Assembly (NCBI GenBank): GCA_963422265.1
Contig: OY729416.1
Coordinates: 1,600,001 to 1,664,000, forward strand
Source of the DNA: Thermodesulfobacteriota bacterium
GTDB taxonomy: Bacteria > Desulfobacterota_D > UBA1144 > Nemesobacterales > UBA2774
Reading direction: 5' to 3'
Length of the DNA: 64,000 nt
Shown here: positions 29,511-42,847 of the stretch, one piece after another
Position numbering within the stretch: position 1 is the stretch's first letter
Layout of the letters: the number at the start of each line of letters is the position of its first letter
Position numbers and translations under genes: made by a program
Notes under the pieces: model-generated
What the model saw: only the letters and a program-made list of their open reading frames with translations
Database searches by the model: none
What the model was told of the DNA's origin: nothing

Positions 29511-30377
29511 TTAGGAATAATCAAAAAACCCCTTTCCAGACTTCCTTCCAAGCCAGCCAGCCCTTACCATTTGGCGTAGAAGGGGAGCGGCGCGGAATTT
29601 TGAATCCTGAAACTCTTTGTAGAAAACGTCCATGATATCCACCGTTACGTCAAGCCCTATCAAGTCCATGAGCGCAAGTGGACCTATGGGCTGGTTGGTT
29701 CCGAGCTTCATTGCCTTATCAATGTCTTCAGCGCTACCAACCCTGTCCTGATAAGCGAACACGGCTTCATTCAACATAGGAACCAGGATTCTATTTACTA
29801 TAAAGCCAGGGTTATCCTTAGTTTTGACAGGTTCCTTGCCAAGCGCAGCGGCGAAACCGCATGCGAACTGTAGAGTTTCTTCAGACGTCGTAAGGGCTTT
29901 AATCACCTCGACAAGCTTCATAACGGGCGCAGGATTGAAGAAGTGCATTCCTACAACCTTATCGGGTCTGCTTGTGCTTACGGCGATTTCCACTATAGAA
30001 AGCGATGAGGTATTGGTCGCAAGCACAACGTCCGAACCGGTAAATTCATCAAGCTTTTGATAAATCTCTCTTTTTACTTTCATATCCTCAAACGCCGCCT
30101 CTATTACAAGGTCAACATCCTCAAGTTTCTGAAAGTCCTGACTTGTCCGTATCAAAGATAAGATAGAAGATTTATCTTCTTTGTTAATGCGCTCTTTTTT
30201 TACGAGTCTTGAGAGGCTGTTTTCAATGCCTTTTACTCCCCTATCCAAAGCGGAGCCGCTAACGTCTATAAGAATGACTTCTCTATTATTTGAGCCTAAT
30301 ACCTGAGCTATACCAGCACCCATAGTCCCTGCCCCGATAACCCCAACTTTCTTTATATCCTCTACTCTTTTTAACAT
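29511..30377 (-). CDS. hbd: 3-hydroxybutyryl-CoA dehydrogenase
   Basis: GAGTMGAG, NTSSL, GMHFFNP, PGFIVNR and GRKSGKGF motifs. Confidence 0.93.
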   Translation of the reverse strand: MLKRVEDIKKVGVIGAGTMGAGIAQVLGSNNREVILIDVSGSALDRGVKGIENSLSRLVKKERINKEDKSSILSLIRTSQDFQKLEDVDLVIEAAFEDMKVKREIYQKLDEFTGSDVVLATNTSSLSIVEIAVSTSRPDKVVGMHFFNPAPVMKLVEVIKALTTSEETLQFACGFAAALGKEPVKTKDNPGFIVNRILVPMLNEAVFAYQDRVGSAEDIDKAMKLGTNQPIGPLALMDLIGLDVTVDIMDVFYKEFQDSKFRAAPLLRQMVRAGWLGRKSGKGFFDYS

Positions 30378-30523
30378 GATATTCTCCTTTTTGGAATTCT
30401 CTAATCTTCGCATTTGCGAATATGTATGCTTATTATACATAACTATTTCTTTTCTCAAGCCCTATACGAATCCTAGCGCCGAAATATTTGAATCAGAACC
30501 GTCAGCCAATTAAAATATCTCTT

Positions 30524-31123
30524 GTGAAAATAATCGGTCTCACTGGTAACATTGCCTGCGGAAAAAGCGTCGTGGCTGATATGCTTAAGGGGTTAGGAGC
30601 GAGCACTATTGACGCTGATAGGATAGCCCGATGCGTAGTAGAGCCTGAAAAGCCTGGCTGGAAGGATATAGTTGCGGAATTTGGACGGGGGATTCTCAAT
30701 CCTGACGGCGCTATTGATAGAAAAAAACTCGGAGAAATTATATTTAACAATGAAGCTAAAAGGAAGGCTCTAAACAGTGTTATCCATCCTAAAATTAAAG
30801 AAGGGATTCTAATAAATTTGAAGAAGCATGAAAACGCTAAAACCTCAGTCGTAATTATAGAAGCGGCGTTAATAATAGAGAACGAGGGCTGGCTAAACAC
30901 TCTAGTGAATGGCTTAATCGTTGTAATTTCCGACGACGAGGTACAACTCAAAAGGCTAATGGAACGAAGCGGTTTTTCAAAAGAAGAAGCCCTTGCGCGC
31001 GTTAGTTCTCAGATGCCCACGTCTCAGAAAGTGGCGCGTGCGGATTACGTTATAGATAATTCAGGTTCTCTAGATGAGACCATGCGTCAAGTCAAATCTA
31101 TATGGGGCAAGATTTCCGTATAG
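30524..31123 (+). CDS. coaE: Dephospho-CoA kinase
   Basis: IGLTGNIACGKS, IDAD, IHP and ADYVIDNSG motifs. Confidence 0.95.
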   Translation: MKIIGLTGNIACGKSVVADMLKGLGASTIDADRIARCVVEPEKPGWKDIVAEFGRGILNPDGAIDRKKLGEIIFNNEAKRKALNSVIHPKIKEGILINLKKHENAKTSVVIIEAALIIENEGWLNTLVNGLIVVISDDEVQLKRLMERSGFSKEEALARVSSQMPTSQKVARADYVIDNSGSLDETMRQVKSIWGKISV

Positions 31124-31192
31124 CTCACTTTCTTGATATTTCGGATTTTACATAGTAGATTTCCCGTTCTGCGTTAAGCTTCAAAGGAGCTA

Positions 31193-32740
31193 ATGATGAG
31201 AGAAAAGATTGAAATTCTTGAACAAAGAGAAAGAGAAGCGGAACTCGGGGGCGGAGAGGCTAGGATAAAGAAGCAGCACGATACCGGAAAACTCACTGCA
31301 CGGGAGCGCATAGACTTTCTTTTAGATAAAGATACTTTCGTAGAGCTTGATAAATTCGTGGTTCATAGGTGTAACGATTTTGGGATGAATAACAAAAAGG
31401 TCCTGGGCGATGGCGTAGTAACGGGTTACGGGAAAATAGATGGACGCAAAATATTCGTTTACGCTCAGGATTTCACGGTATTTGGCGGCTCGCTGGGGAT
31501 GGGGCATGGAAGAAAGATATGCAAGATAATGGATCTTGCAATGAAAGTAGGGGCGCCGATAATTGGGCTTAGTGACTCAGGGGGTGCTAGAATCCAAGAA
31601 GGGGTGGAGAGCCTAGCGGGTTACGCCGAAATCTTCTATAGAAACGTAATCGCATCAGGGGTTGTGCCTCAAATTTCCGCGGTTATGGGTCCAAGCGCGG
31701 GTGGTGCGGTTTACTCGCCCGCAATCACCGACTTTACGTTTATGGTAAAAAACACAAGCTATATGTTTATCACTGGGCCAGACGTTATTAAAGCGGTAAC
31801 GCACGAGGAAGTAAATTCTGAAGAGCTAGGCGGAGCCATGGTCCACAATTCTAAGAGTGGAGTAGCGCACTTCGCCGCTGGGGACGATAAGGAATGTGTT
31901 ACGTTAATAAGGGAATTGCTAAGTTTCCTTCCATCAAACAATATGGAAGACCCACCGATGGTAAGCACGGACGACCCGATTGACCGCCGAGAAAAGGGTC
32001 TCAGAGCTTTAGTGCCAGGAAATCCGAACAAACCCTATGATATGAAGGGTGTTGTAACCACCGTAGTAGATGAAGGTTACTTCTTTGAGGTTCAAGAACA
32101 CTACGCTCAAAATATTATAATAGGTTTTGCAAGATTAGGCGGGCGCGTAGTAGGTATAGTAGGAAATCAGCCTAACGTGCTGGCTGGTTGTTTAGATATA
32201 GGCGCTTCGCTAAAAGCTGGTAGGTTTGTAAGATTCTGTGATGCATTCAATGTTCCTATTCTCACGTTTGAAGACGTGCCTGGGTTCTTACCTGGAACGT
32301 CGCAGGAATGGGGGGGGATAATAAAGCACGGTGCTAAATTGCTATATGCTTACAGCGAAGCTACGGTTCCTACCGTCACGGTAATTACAAGAAAAGCCTA
32401 CGGTGGCGCTTATGACGTCATGTCGTCAAAGCACATCAGGGGAGACTTTATATTAGCCTATCCAACAGCCGAGATTGCGGTGATGGGATCGGAAGGCGCC
32501 GTCAATATAATATCCAGAGCGCAGATAGCTCAGGCTGAGGATCCTGATGAGGAAAGGGCTAGGCTAATTGAAGAGTATAGGGAGAATTTTGCAAATCCTT
32601 ACAGAGCCGCTGACCTAGGATTTATAGACGAAGTTATAAGACCTGAAGATACGAGACCTAGGGTTATAGCGGCATTTGAAATGCTGGATGGAAAGAGGCA
32701 GACTAACCCGCCTAAGAAGCACGGAAACATTCCACTCTAA
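31193..32740 (+). CDS. pccB: Acyl-CoA (propionyl-CoA) carboxylase carboxyltransferase subunit
   Basis: [26 protein letters not shown] and KKHGNIPL motifs. Confidence 0.9.
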   Translation: MMREKIEILEQREREAELGGGEARIKKQHDTGKLTARERIDFLLDKDTFVELDKFVVHRCNDFGMNNKKVLGDGVVTGYGKIDGRKIFVYAQDFTVFGGSLGMGHGRKICKIMDLAMKVGAPIIGLSDSGGARIQEGVESLAGYAEIFYRNVIASGVVPQISAVMGPSAGGAVYSPAITDFTFMVKNTSYMFITGPDVIKAVTHEEVNSEELGGAMVHNSKSGVAHFAAGDDKECVTLIRELLSFLPSNNMEDPPMVSTDDPIDRREKGLRALVPGNPNKPYDMKGVVTTVVDEGYFFEVQEHYAQNIIIGFARLGGRVVGIVGNQPNVLAGCLDIGASLKAGRFVRFCDAFNVPILTFEDVPGFLPGTSQEWGGIIKHGAKLLYAYSEATVPTVTVITRKAYGGAYDVMSSKHIRGDFILAYPTAEIAVMGSEGAVNIISRAQIAQAEDPDEERARLIEEYRENFANPYRAADLGFIDEVIRPEDTRPRVIAAFEMLDGKRQTNPPKKHGNIPL

Positions 32741-32762
32741 AGACAAAGCAAGGTCGTCAAAA

Positions 32763-34259
32763 GTGTTCAATAAGATACTGATAGCGAACAGAGGGGAAAT
32801 AGCAGTAAGAATAATAAGAGCCTGTAAGGAGCTTGGCGTTACCGCCGTTGCGGTTTATTCTGATGCGGATCGCCGCTCGCTTCACGTAGCGCTCGCCGAT
32901 GAAGCATACTATATCGGAGGCTCGCCTCCTGGCGAAAGCTATCTAGTAATAGATAAAATAATAGAGGTAGCAAAGAGATCAGGGGCGGAAGCCATACACC
33001 CTGGTTTTGGGTTCTTATCGGAGAACGAAGATTTTGCCAAGAGGTGCGAGAGAGAGGGAATAACGTTCATTGGCCCCTCGGCTGAGGCAATTCGCTTAAT
33101 GGGCGATAAAATCACGGCTAGAAAAATAGCCCAGGAGGCAAAGGTGCCGCTCGTTCCTGGATCGGAAGGCGCTGTAAGCGATGTAGAGGCTTCGGTATTA
33201 GCGAGCAAAATCGGCTACCCCGTGATGATAAAGGCGTCGGCAGGGGGAGGGGGAAAGGGAATGAGGCTAGTCAAAAGCAAGGACGAGTTCGAGAGTTCCT
33301 TGCGCATGGCTAGGAGTGAGGCGCGCTCCGCGTTCGGAGATGATTCTGTTTTCGTTGAAAGATTTATAGAGCAGCCAAGGCATATAGAGATTCAAATAAT
33401 AGCTGACTCTCAGGGTAACACTGTGCATCTCTTTGAACGTGAGTGTTCGATACAGAGAAGACACCAGAAGGTTATTGAAGAAGCCCCTTCTTCCGCGATA
33501 AGTGCTAGAACCAGAAAGAGAATGGGCGAAGTCGCCGTAAGGATAGCTAAGGCTGTTAATTACCAAGGGGCAGGGACAATAGAGTTCATAATGGATCAGA
33601 AGCACAATTTTTATTTTCTCGAAATGAATACGCGCGTGCAGGTGGAGCATCCGGTTACGGAAATGATTACGGGCTTTGACATTGTAAAGTGGATGATACG
33701 AATTGCAACCGGAGAGAGGCTTCCGTTCAAGCAAACTGACATAAAAATGAAGGGACATGCCCTCGAATGCAGGGTATATGCGGAAGACCCTGCTACGAAC
33801 TTTATGCCTTCGCCAGGCGTTCTTGAATACGTAAAAGCGCCTAGTGGCCCCGGTATCAGAGACGATTCCTCAATATACAGCGGTTGCGAGATTACGCCCT
33901 ATTACGACCCTATGCTCTCTAAGCTCATAGTATGGGCTGATACCAGAGAGGATGCCATATACAAAATGGGATCCGCGTTAAGGGAATACATAGTGCTCGG
34001 CGTTAAAACTAACATTGGGTTTCTGATACGTGTGATGAGAGACGAGGAGTTTCGGCAAGGCGATATAGACACGAGATATATAGAACGTCATCCCGAGCTG
34101 CTTTCACCCGGCGAAGTAGAAGTAGAGCCTGTCTTAATTGCTGCCTCTCTGGCTATGCATGACTCTAACGACGCTAAAGAAAAGTCCACCACTCAGCCCG
34201 TATCCAATTGGAAGCTTTATGGACGTAGAATAGGAGTATGCGGGAGTTCAGGCCTATGA
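32763..34259 (+). CDS. Biotin carboxylase subunit
   Basis: ANRGEIA, GGGGKGMR, ECSIQRRHQK and EMNTRVQVEH motifs. Confidence 0.95.
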   Translation: MFNKILIANRGEIAVRIIRACKELGVTAVAVYSDADRRSLHVALADEAYYIGGSPPGESYLVIDKIIEVAKRSGAEAIHPGFGFLSENEDFAKRCEREGITFIGPSAEAIRLMGDKITARKIAQEAKVPLVPGSEGAVSDVEASVLASKIGYPVMIKASAGGGGKGMRLVKSKDEFESSLRMARSEARSAFGDDSVFVERFIEQPRHIEIQIIADSQGNTVHLFERECSIQRRHQKVIEEAPSSAISARTRKRMGEVAVRIAKAVNYQGAGTIEFIMDQKHNFYFLEMNTRVQVEHPVTEMITGFDIVKWMIRIATGERLPFKQTDIKMKGHALECRVYAEDPATNFMPSPGVLEYVKAPSGPGIRDDSSIYSGCEITPYYDPMLSKLIVWADTREDAIYKMGSALREYIVLGVKTNIGFLIRVMRDEEFRQGDIDTRYIERHPELLSPGEVEVEPVLIAASLAMHDSNDAKEKSTTQPVSNWKLYGRRIGVCGSSGL

Positions 34260-34750
34260 CGCACACGTTTAGGTTTCAGGGGCAAATATACAAGATTGAG
34301 CTAATGGAAAACGAGGGGCAGGTAAAAGCTGAAATAAACGGCGAAGAAATTCCATTAGAATTTCAAAAAATTGAAGATAACTTATATTTAGTCCTCCTCA
34401 ATGGTAGATCGCTAATAATTGGCGTGCTAAAGAACCAACAGCACGTGCAAGTCTTCTTAGATGGCGACCTCTTTGAGCTAGAATCTATATCGGAAAGAGA
34501 GAAGCGACAGTCCTCCCAACTATCTTTGGGGGTTCAGGAAATAAAATCTCCTATGCCTAGCCGAGTCGTCAAAATGCTTAAAAAAGAAGGTGACGAGGTT
34601 AAATCGGATGATGGCTTAGTAGTAGTAGAGGCGATGAAGATGGAGAGTGAACTCAAATCATCAATAAATGGAAAGGTAACCTCGGTCATGGTAAGCGAAG
34701 GCGACGTCGTTGAAGCTGGTACGGTGCTGTTGGTTGTCTCCTCTGAATAA
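34256..34750 (+). CDS. Biotin carboxyl carrier protein
   Basis: EAMKME biotinylation motif. Confidence 0.92.
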   Translation: MTHTFRFQGQIYKIELMENEGQVKAEINGEEIPLEFQKIEDNLYLVLLNGRSLIIGVLKNQQHVQVFLDGDLFELESISEREKRQSSQLSLGVQEIKSPMPSRVVKMLKKEGDEVKSDDGLVVVEAMKMESELKSSINGKVTSVMVSEGDVVEAGTVLLVVSSE

Positions 34751-34874
34751 ATATCTCCCTGAGTAACCACCCACTCTTGACGTCAGACTCGCAGGCTACC
34801 TTGATTGTAATAGCTCTGATTAGTAGTTTTGACAGCTTTTTACACGTTTTACACATTGGAAAAGCAGGATTACA

Positions 34875-35723
34875 CTACACGTTGAGTCGGGAAATATTCT
34901 CCGTGAGCCTTGCGAATTCTTCGATTGATAGAGTTTCCGCACGTCTTTTGTAGTTAATATCGGATAGTTCCAAAGCCCTGAGGGAATTATCTTTGGCAAA
35001 GGCGGACTGGAGAGAGTTGCCAATTGTTTTTCTCCGCGATGAAAATGACGCTCGCACAACCTTTTCGTAAAGTGCCTCTTCGGACGTTTGAAATCTAGGC
35101 TGCGCAAGCGGAACGAATTTCAGCACGGCTGAATCAACCTTGGGCTTGGGCCAAAATGAGTCAGGGGGCACGCGAAACTCAAGACTAACGTCCATATAGG
35201 TTTGTAGTAGAACAGAGATTGATCCGTATTTTTTCGTTCCCACCCTCGCCGTAATCCGTTCTCCCACTTCGAGTTGAAGCATCAGGATCCAGGATAAAAA
35301 CAAATCCTTAGTTTCAAGTAGTTTAAATAGCACGGGGGACGATATGCTGTAGGGAAGATTAGCTATAACCTTGATTTTATGCCCTTTATAAAAATCCTCA
35401 AAGTTTACATCCAGAGTATCTCGTAGTATTAACTTAACCTTAGGATTGTGCTTAAATAAATCAGTCAAGTGCGAAAAGAGCTTCCTATCTTTTTCTATAG
35501 CGGTTACGTGTCCGGCGGATTCCGCCAGTGTGCTTGTCAGGGCGCCAAGTCCAGAACCAATTTCAATAACCTGATCTTTGCCTGAAAGTTTGGCTAAATT
35601 AGCTATACGACTGAGCGCCTTTTTATCCCTTAGGAAATTCTGCCCTAGTCGTTTGTTTGGATAAACCTTTCTTGAAGAAAAGAACTCTTTTGGATGGAGC
35701 GGCGTTTTCCTCTTATTCATCAT
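34875..35723 (-). CDS. rsmA: 16S rRNA adenine dimethyltransferase
   Basis: LGQNFL, EIGSGLG, NLPY, PKVDS and RRKT motifs. Confidence 0.96.
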   Translation of the reverse strand: MMNKRKTPLHPKEFFSSRKVYPNKRLGQNFLRDKKALSRIANLAKLSGKDQVIEIGSGLGALTSTLAESAGHVTAIEKDRKLFSHLTDLFKHNPKVKLILRDTLDVNFEDFYKGHKIKVIANLPYSISSPVLFKLLETKDLFLSWILMLQLEVGERITARVGTKKYGSISVLLQTYMDVSLEFRVPPDSFWPKPKVDSAVLKFVPLAQPRFQTSEEALYEKVVRASFSSRRKTIGNSLQSAFAKDNSLRALELSDINYKRRAETLSIEEFARLTENISRLNV

Positions 35724-35780
35724 GCGATGTCCTAAGCTGGTTTGGTGTGGGTGTCTAACCATGTTGAACCAGACGAAGGA
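35724..35780. repeat. Degenerate REP-like module (GATGTCCTGAGC...CGAAGG) with nested insert
   Basis: gcgatgtcctaagc[...gttgaacca]gacgaagg resembles the reverse complement of 39342-39367 and the 52694-52710 module. Confidence 0.45.
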
Positions 35781-35892
35781 TTACCAATCGCAAGGTTCAA
35801 AGAGTGGGGTAAGCATTAAAATATGAAAAATATTGTGACAATAGAAGGTAGGATAAAAAATACTCTGTTGACGTGCGGCTTAAGAACGCGAT

Positions 35893-36162
35893 TTATTCTC
35901 GGAATCTATAGACTTTTTCGCCCTTCTTGATCATCCCTAGCTCTTTCCTTACCACCCTTTCCACATACTCACTATCCTTATTCATCAATTCAATTTTCTT
36001 CTTGAGCTGCTGATTGGCTTTTTCCAATTTTTTAGCTTCTAAAATAACCCTCTTATTCTGGTCACTTAGAGCATAAAACTGGGAAATCTCTTTAGCGAAA
36101 CAATATAAGGTGACGGATACTATAACTATGAAAATAATAGTCCTGATAATTTGCTTTTTCAT
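35893..36162 (-). CDS. ftsB: Septum formation initiator (FtsB/DivIC family)
   Basis: N-terminal TM, coiled coil and YVERVVRKELGMIKKGEKVY. Confidence 0.85.
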   Translation of the reverse strand: MKKQIIRTIIFIVIVSVTLYCFAKEISQFYALSDQNKRVILEAKKLEKANQQLKKKIELMNKDSEYVERVVRKELGMIKKGEKVYRFRE

Positions 36163-36163
36163 T

Positions 36164-36808
36164 CTATAAAACTATCAAATCTCCAGCAATAAAAGGATTG
36201 GACGCTCTTTCTATCCCTATTGTCGTTGCGGGACCGTGACCCGGATATACGTTATAAGAATCGGGAAGTGACATAAGTTTGGTTTTAATAGAACCGACAA
36301 GCTCTCTCATTGAGGTTCCGCCCGTAAGATCTACTCTGCCTACACTGCCAGCGAAAAGGGTGTCTCCTGAGATTACTTGATCGTCTATTAACAGACATAC
36401 ACTTCCCCACGTATGACCAGGAGTGTGAACGACTTTTGCCCTTAAACTGCCTATTTCAATTTCATCCCCTTCCTCTATAAAACCATCAACCTTGGGAACC
36501 TCAACGTTGCCAAACTGCGGGTATCTTCTCGCCGCCTCAGGAATGGCTTTCAACACAGGCTCCTCTTTAGGATGTAGATAAAAGCCCACGCCAAGGGCTT
36601 CCTTTGCCTCCTGCACCCCCGCAACATGGTCAATGTGAGTATGCGTATTGACTATTTTAGTAACGTTCAGACCCGACCTTTGAACTGCCTCTAATATATC
36701 CTCAATCTGCTCGCCCGGATCAATTAGTATTCCTTCGTTTGTTTCTTTATCTCCCACTATGTAGCAGTTTGTCAGAAACATGCCGCCGGGTATGCATTCT
36801 ATGATCAT
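36164..36808 (-). CDS. MBL-fold metallo-hydrolase (glyoxalase II-like)
   Basis: THTHIDH, TPGHT, SGDTLF and PGHG motifs. Confidence 0.92.
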   Translation of the reverse strand: MIIECIPGGMFLTNCYIVGDKETNEGILIDPGEQIEDILEAVQRSGLNVTKIVNTHTHIDHVAGVQEAKEALGVGFYLHPKEEPVLKAIPEAARRYPQFGNVEVPKVDGFIEEGDEIEIGSLRAKVVHTPGHTWGSVCLLIDDQVISGDTLFAGSVGRVDLTGGTSMRELVGSIKTKLMSLPDSYNVYPGHGPATTIGIERASNPFIAGDLIVL

Positions 36809-37155
36809 AGATAGCTCTTAGCCTCGTTCTAAATTAATTTCCTTAATTTTTCTTATCCGATGATAGATGGCTCTTCTTGGTCTATTTGCTCAAAAGGTAT
36901 TTCCCACCACGCCTGCCAACTCATAGAAGGGCGAATTGTCTTATGGCTCCTTCAATATTTACATCCACAGGCTACCGAAACAGCTATTTCCTGTCAATAA
37001 AAGGGATTTATTATTGACAAGAGATGAACGTGTGAAATGTAATTAAGGTATCAGGAACCCTTGAAAAGGCAACTATAATTAGGAACTATACAAACTATAA
37101 TAACTGTTCTATAATGAACAATAGCGCTTAGATAAAAGACAAGGAGGTAATAGTT

Positions 37156-39238
<2,083 letters not shown>

Positions 39239-39252
39239 TTGGTTATGAAGCT

Positions 39253-39523
39253 CTTCCTTTTTTTCGTAGAGGTAACCCTTGTGGTTACCCACCCTGTAGA
39301 GGCGTAGTTACCCCTACCTTCGCGTCTTACTTAGGGGACCATTCTTCGACAGACTCAGGACATCGCTAGGGTCGCCCCTACAGGTAAAAAGAAAAAATCC
39401 ATGACCCTCCTTTACGAAAGGAGGGGAATATCCTTTGCCTAACCTCAGAGCTTGACAAGAGACTTTGTAGACGTGCATGGACTACTCATTTTTTCTCCCC
39501 CTTTAGACAAAGGGGGATACAGA
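39253..39523 (+). repeat. Composite REP-like repeat, locus 1
   Basis: GTAGaGGTAACCCTTGTGGTTACCC, GGGTCGCCCCTAC, CCCTCCTTTACGAAAGGAGGGG and CCCCCTTT..AAAGGGGG modules shared with the other loci. Confidence 0.9.
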
Positions 39524-39606
39524 GCGAAAGCGGTCAATATCTAGGTAATATACAGACCGCTTAGTCGTTTGACAGTCAAAATACGAAGGTGTATTGTCTT
39601 TATCCT

Positions 39607-40950
39607 ATGAGTGAGTATAGAGCTTGGTTTAGCTGTATAAGTGAAGATTGCAACGAGACATATCCGCTTGACGATATAGTCTATTCGTGCAAAAGGTGTG
39701 GAAATCTTTTGGAAGTTACCCACGATATTGAAAAGCTGCAAGAAAAATCCCCTCAAGAGTGGAAAAATATATTTGATAATCGCTATAGAAAACAACTATG
39801 GCCCCACGGAAGCTCAGTATGGGGTAAAAAAGAATGGGTCTGCCCAACCGTCAATGACAACAACATAGTGTCCATGTATGAAGGCGCTACCAATCTCTTT
39901 TGGGCTGAGAGGTTTAGCGAGCAGGTTGGAATAGAAGACGTATGGATCAAAATGTGTGGTAACAGTCATACCGGATCCTTCAAAGACCTTGGAATGACCG
40001 TCTTGGTTTCTGTAGTTAAGCAAATGATAGAGAACGGTAAGAGTATTCCCGCTATAGCCTGTGCTTCAACTGGCGACACCTCGGCAGCCCTTGCGGCTTA
40101 CTGCGCCAGCGCGGGAATACCGGCGATAGTGCTTCTACCTAAGGATAAGGTCTCCGTTGCGCAACTGGTGCAGCCTATCTCAAACGGTGCGATGGTTTTA
40201 TCATTAGACACCGATTTTGATGGTTGTATGCGAATGGTTCAGAAAATATGCAACGAAAACAATATATATCTGGCAAACTCAATAAATTCCCTACGCATAG
40301 AGGGGCAAAAAACCATAAGTATAGAGCTTTGCCAGCAGTTTGATTGGGAAGTTCCTGACTGGGTAATTATTCCGGGTGGCAACTTGGGAAACATCTCGGC
40401 TCTTGGAAAAGGATTCCTGATAATGGAGGAGCTTGGACTAATAGAAAAACTCCCCCGCCTAGTATGTGCTCAAGCTGAGAATGCTAATCCCCTCTACCTA
40501 AGCTACTTGAACAATTTTGAAGAATTTCATCCTATAAAAGCTAAAAGAACCCTCGCAAACGCTATTCAAATTGGTAACCCCGTAAGCGTAAATAAAGCCA
40601 TTAAAATACTAAAGAGATTCGATGGCATTGTAGAGCAGGCTAGTGAAGAAGAGCTTTCGGACGCATCGGCTCTAGTAGATAGAACGGGCACGTTTAACTG
40701 CCCTCACACTGGCGTTGCCCTTGCCTCGTTCCTTAAACTCCGGAAAAAGGGAGTTTTCAAGCCAAAAGACAAGATTGTAATAATATCTACTGCCCATGGG
40801 CTTAAGTTCGTTGAATTTAAGGTCGGATACCACAAGCAAGAGTTGTCGGACGTCTTCTCTAAATACGCCAATAAGCCATTAGAACTACCCACTGATTATA
40901 GTGCGATAAAGGACGCCATTTTTAGCAATATTGGCGTTCAAGCACTGTAA
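39607..40950 (+). CDS. thrC: Threonine synthase
   Basis: SHTGSFKDLG, CASTGDTS, NSLRIEGQKT, PGGNLGN and STAHGLKF motifs. Confidence 0.95.
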   Translation: MSEYRAWFSCISEDCNETYPLDDIVYSCKRCGNLLEVTHDIEKLQEKSPQEWKNIFDNRYRKQLWPHGSSVWGKKEWVCPTVNDNNIVSMYEGATNLFWAERFSEQVGIEDVWIKMCGNSHTGSFKDLGMTVLVSVVKQMIENGKSIPAIACASTGDTSAALAAYCASAGIPAIVLLPKDKVSVAQLVQPISNGAMVLSLDTDFDGCMRMVQKICNENNIYLANSINSLRIEGQKTISIELCQQFDWEVPDWVIIPGGNLGNISALGKGFLIMEELGLIEKLPRLVCAQAENANPLYLSYLNNFEEFHPIKAKRTLANAIQIGNPVSVNKAIKILKRFDGIVEQASEEELSDASALVDRTGTFNCPHTGVALASFLKLRKKGVFKPKDKIVIISTAHGLKFVEFKVGYHKQELSDVFSKYANKPLELPTDYSAIKDAIFSNIGVQAL

Positions 40951-41031
40951 GGCTAACGGTTAGTCGGTTCACCAAACTTAATGATGCCCAAACTTGTTTG
41001 CGCTGCACGGACTGGATAAATTCTTAGAGCT

Positions 41032-41688
41032 ATGAAGAAGCGCGGACTTGGGCCCCTCTACGTCATAACTGATAAGAATCTCGTCCCTAAGGCAAGTTGT
41101 TATCTTGAACTTGTTGAAAGGTTTGAAGAGACAGTAGAGCAAGCTATTAAGGGCGGAGCAAGCGTAGTTCAACTTAGAGAAAAGGACAGCACGGCAGACG
41201 AGATAATCGCTTTAGGTAAAGGGCTTCTCAAAATAACAAAACGCTATCAACTTCCTCTAATCGTTAATGACTTTCCTCATATAGCCAAAGCCATAGGTGC
41301 TGACGGCGTTCACCTGGGCGAGAGCGACTGCTCGGTTGGAGAAGCACGAAACGTATTGGGGGAAGGGGCAATAATAGGCGTATCATGCTACAATCAGATA
41401 AGTAGGGGATTAGCGGCTCAAAGCGAGGGGGCAGATTACGTTGCTTTTGGCACCCCTTTTTTTACGCCGACAAAGCCGAATAGAGAGCCCACGCCTATAG
41501 ACGTTCTTAAAGAGGCGTCAAGAAAAATAAAACGAATTCCGGTGTTTGCGATTGGAGGCATAACGGAGGCTAATGCGGAATTGATTTTAAAAAGCGGAGC
41601 GGATGGAATTGCAGTTATCACAAGCGTATTCGGCGCGCCCGACCCGGAAAAGGCTGCGAGAGCGCTTTCTTCACTAATAAACAACTGA
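41032..41688 (+). CDS. thiE: Thiamine-phosphate synthase
   Basis: VQLREK, IVND, DGVHLG, TPTK and AIGGI motifs. Confidence 0.94.
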   Translation: MKKRGLGPLYVITDKNLVPKASCYLELVERFEETVEQAIKGGASVVQLREKDSTADEIIALGKGLLKITKRYQLPLIVNDFPHIAKAIGADGVHLGESDCSVGEARNVLGEGAIIGVSCYNQISRGLAAQSEGADYVAFGTPFFTPTKPNREPTPIDVLKEASRKIKRIPVFAIGGITEANAELILKSGADGIAVITSVFGAPDPEKAARALSSLINN

Positions 41689-41758
41689 ATGAGCAATCTG
41701 ACCTGTCCCGTTTGGCAAGTTGGTTAGCGAGCTTGCCTAAGGGGGTTACGCTTTTCCC

Positions 41759-42847
41759 CTAGAACAGCTTGGCAAGCTCTTTTCTCTTTCTCCTTGAGTC
41801 CACCCTTTCAGCTAGCGCGTGAGAGATCAAGGGCAGAGCAATAGTCGCATCGCAGTAGCACTGCACGAGACTCCCCTCAGGGTCCTCTTTACCCCAAGAG
41901 ACGGCTTCCTCAAATGTGCATCCTGAAAGCCCGCCCCATTGAGGTGAGTCCGTTGTGATTTGTATAGCGTATTTGTGTGGATAATACGTCTCCTGCGCCC
42001 CGGTGCCCTTACGGTTTAGTCCCTTGTTCCTATTAGGCACGATCCTATCTTCATACAGAAGATCGGTTGTTACGGCAAAAAGCTGGATAAAGTCCTTGGG
42101 CACGCCCCCTCCAATGTATATAACCGCCGTATCCTTTACCTCTTGACCGAGCTTCATAAACTCAACGTAATCTTTGATGGCGTCAATAGTCAAGCTAAAC
42201 CCTTTACTTTTGGCAATAAGGGCAGCATCCCCGTAAGGGCTATCGGCGATAGCGGGGCAAAACACAGGGACCTTGTTATCAGAAGCGACCGTTACTATGC
42301 TCCTGATATTTCTATCTCCTAGCCATTTACCACAAAGTTCAAGGAACTCTCTTGATGAATAGTTACGTTCTTCGTCAAGCGTCTGTATGAATTCAGCCAA
42401 AAGCTCCGTCATTTCAAGGTAATCGCTTTCCTTGCCGTAAACGTCATAGTAACGATTCAATCCCTCCTTAAATAGAACTTCATTGTCCGCCAAGTGCGAG
42501 CCCTGCCAGTAGTTGTGTCCCATCGCGTCAATTATGTCTTCTGAAATATTAGCCCCCGTGGGCACGAGAATATCAACGTAGCCATTCTCAATCAGCCAGT
42601 TTATTATTTTCCACTGTCCCGTTGTAGATAATGAGCCTGTGTATCCGAGCAAAATTGTAACGTCGTCATCTTTTATCATTTGTTCAAACACGTCAACTAC
42701 GCGAGCCAAGCTTTTGCCTTGAAACCCGGTGAGTGCCATTTCAGTCAAGAGTTGTGAAACGTTTTTCTGTGTATCTACTTCAATCGCTTTGACTTTCCGG
42801 GTGAAAAAGTTCTCTAATGCGGAACCATCTCTAGACTTATCTTCCAT
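41759..42847 (-). CDS. Deoxyhypusine synthase-like protein (bacterial polyamine/homospermidine route)
   Basis: GGGVPKDF, GGLSGCTFEEAVSWGK (catalytic Lys) and DATIALP motifs. Confidence 0.9.
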   Translation of the reverse strand: MEDKSRDGSALENFFTRKVKAIEVDTQKNVSQLLTEMALTGFQGKSLARVVDVFEQMIKDDDVTILLGYTGSLSTTGQWKIINWLIENGYVDILVPTGANISEDIIDAMGHNYWQGSHLADNEVLFKEGLNRYYDVYGKESDYLEMTELLAEFIQTLDEERNYSSREFLELCGKWLGDRNIRSIVTVASDNKVPVFCPAIADSPYGDAALIAKSKGFSLTIDAIKDYVEFMKLGQEVKDTAVIYIGGGVPKDFIQLFAVTTDLLYEDRIVPNRNKGLNRKGTGAQETYYPHKYAIQITTDSPQWGGLSGCTFEEAVSWGKEDPEGSLVQCYCDATIALPLISHALAERVDSRRKRKELAKLF

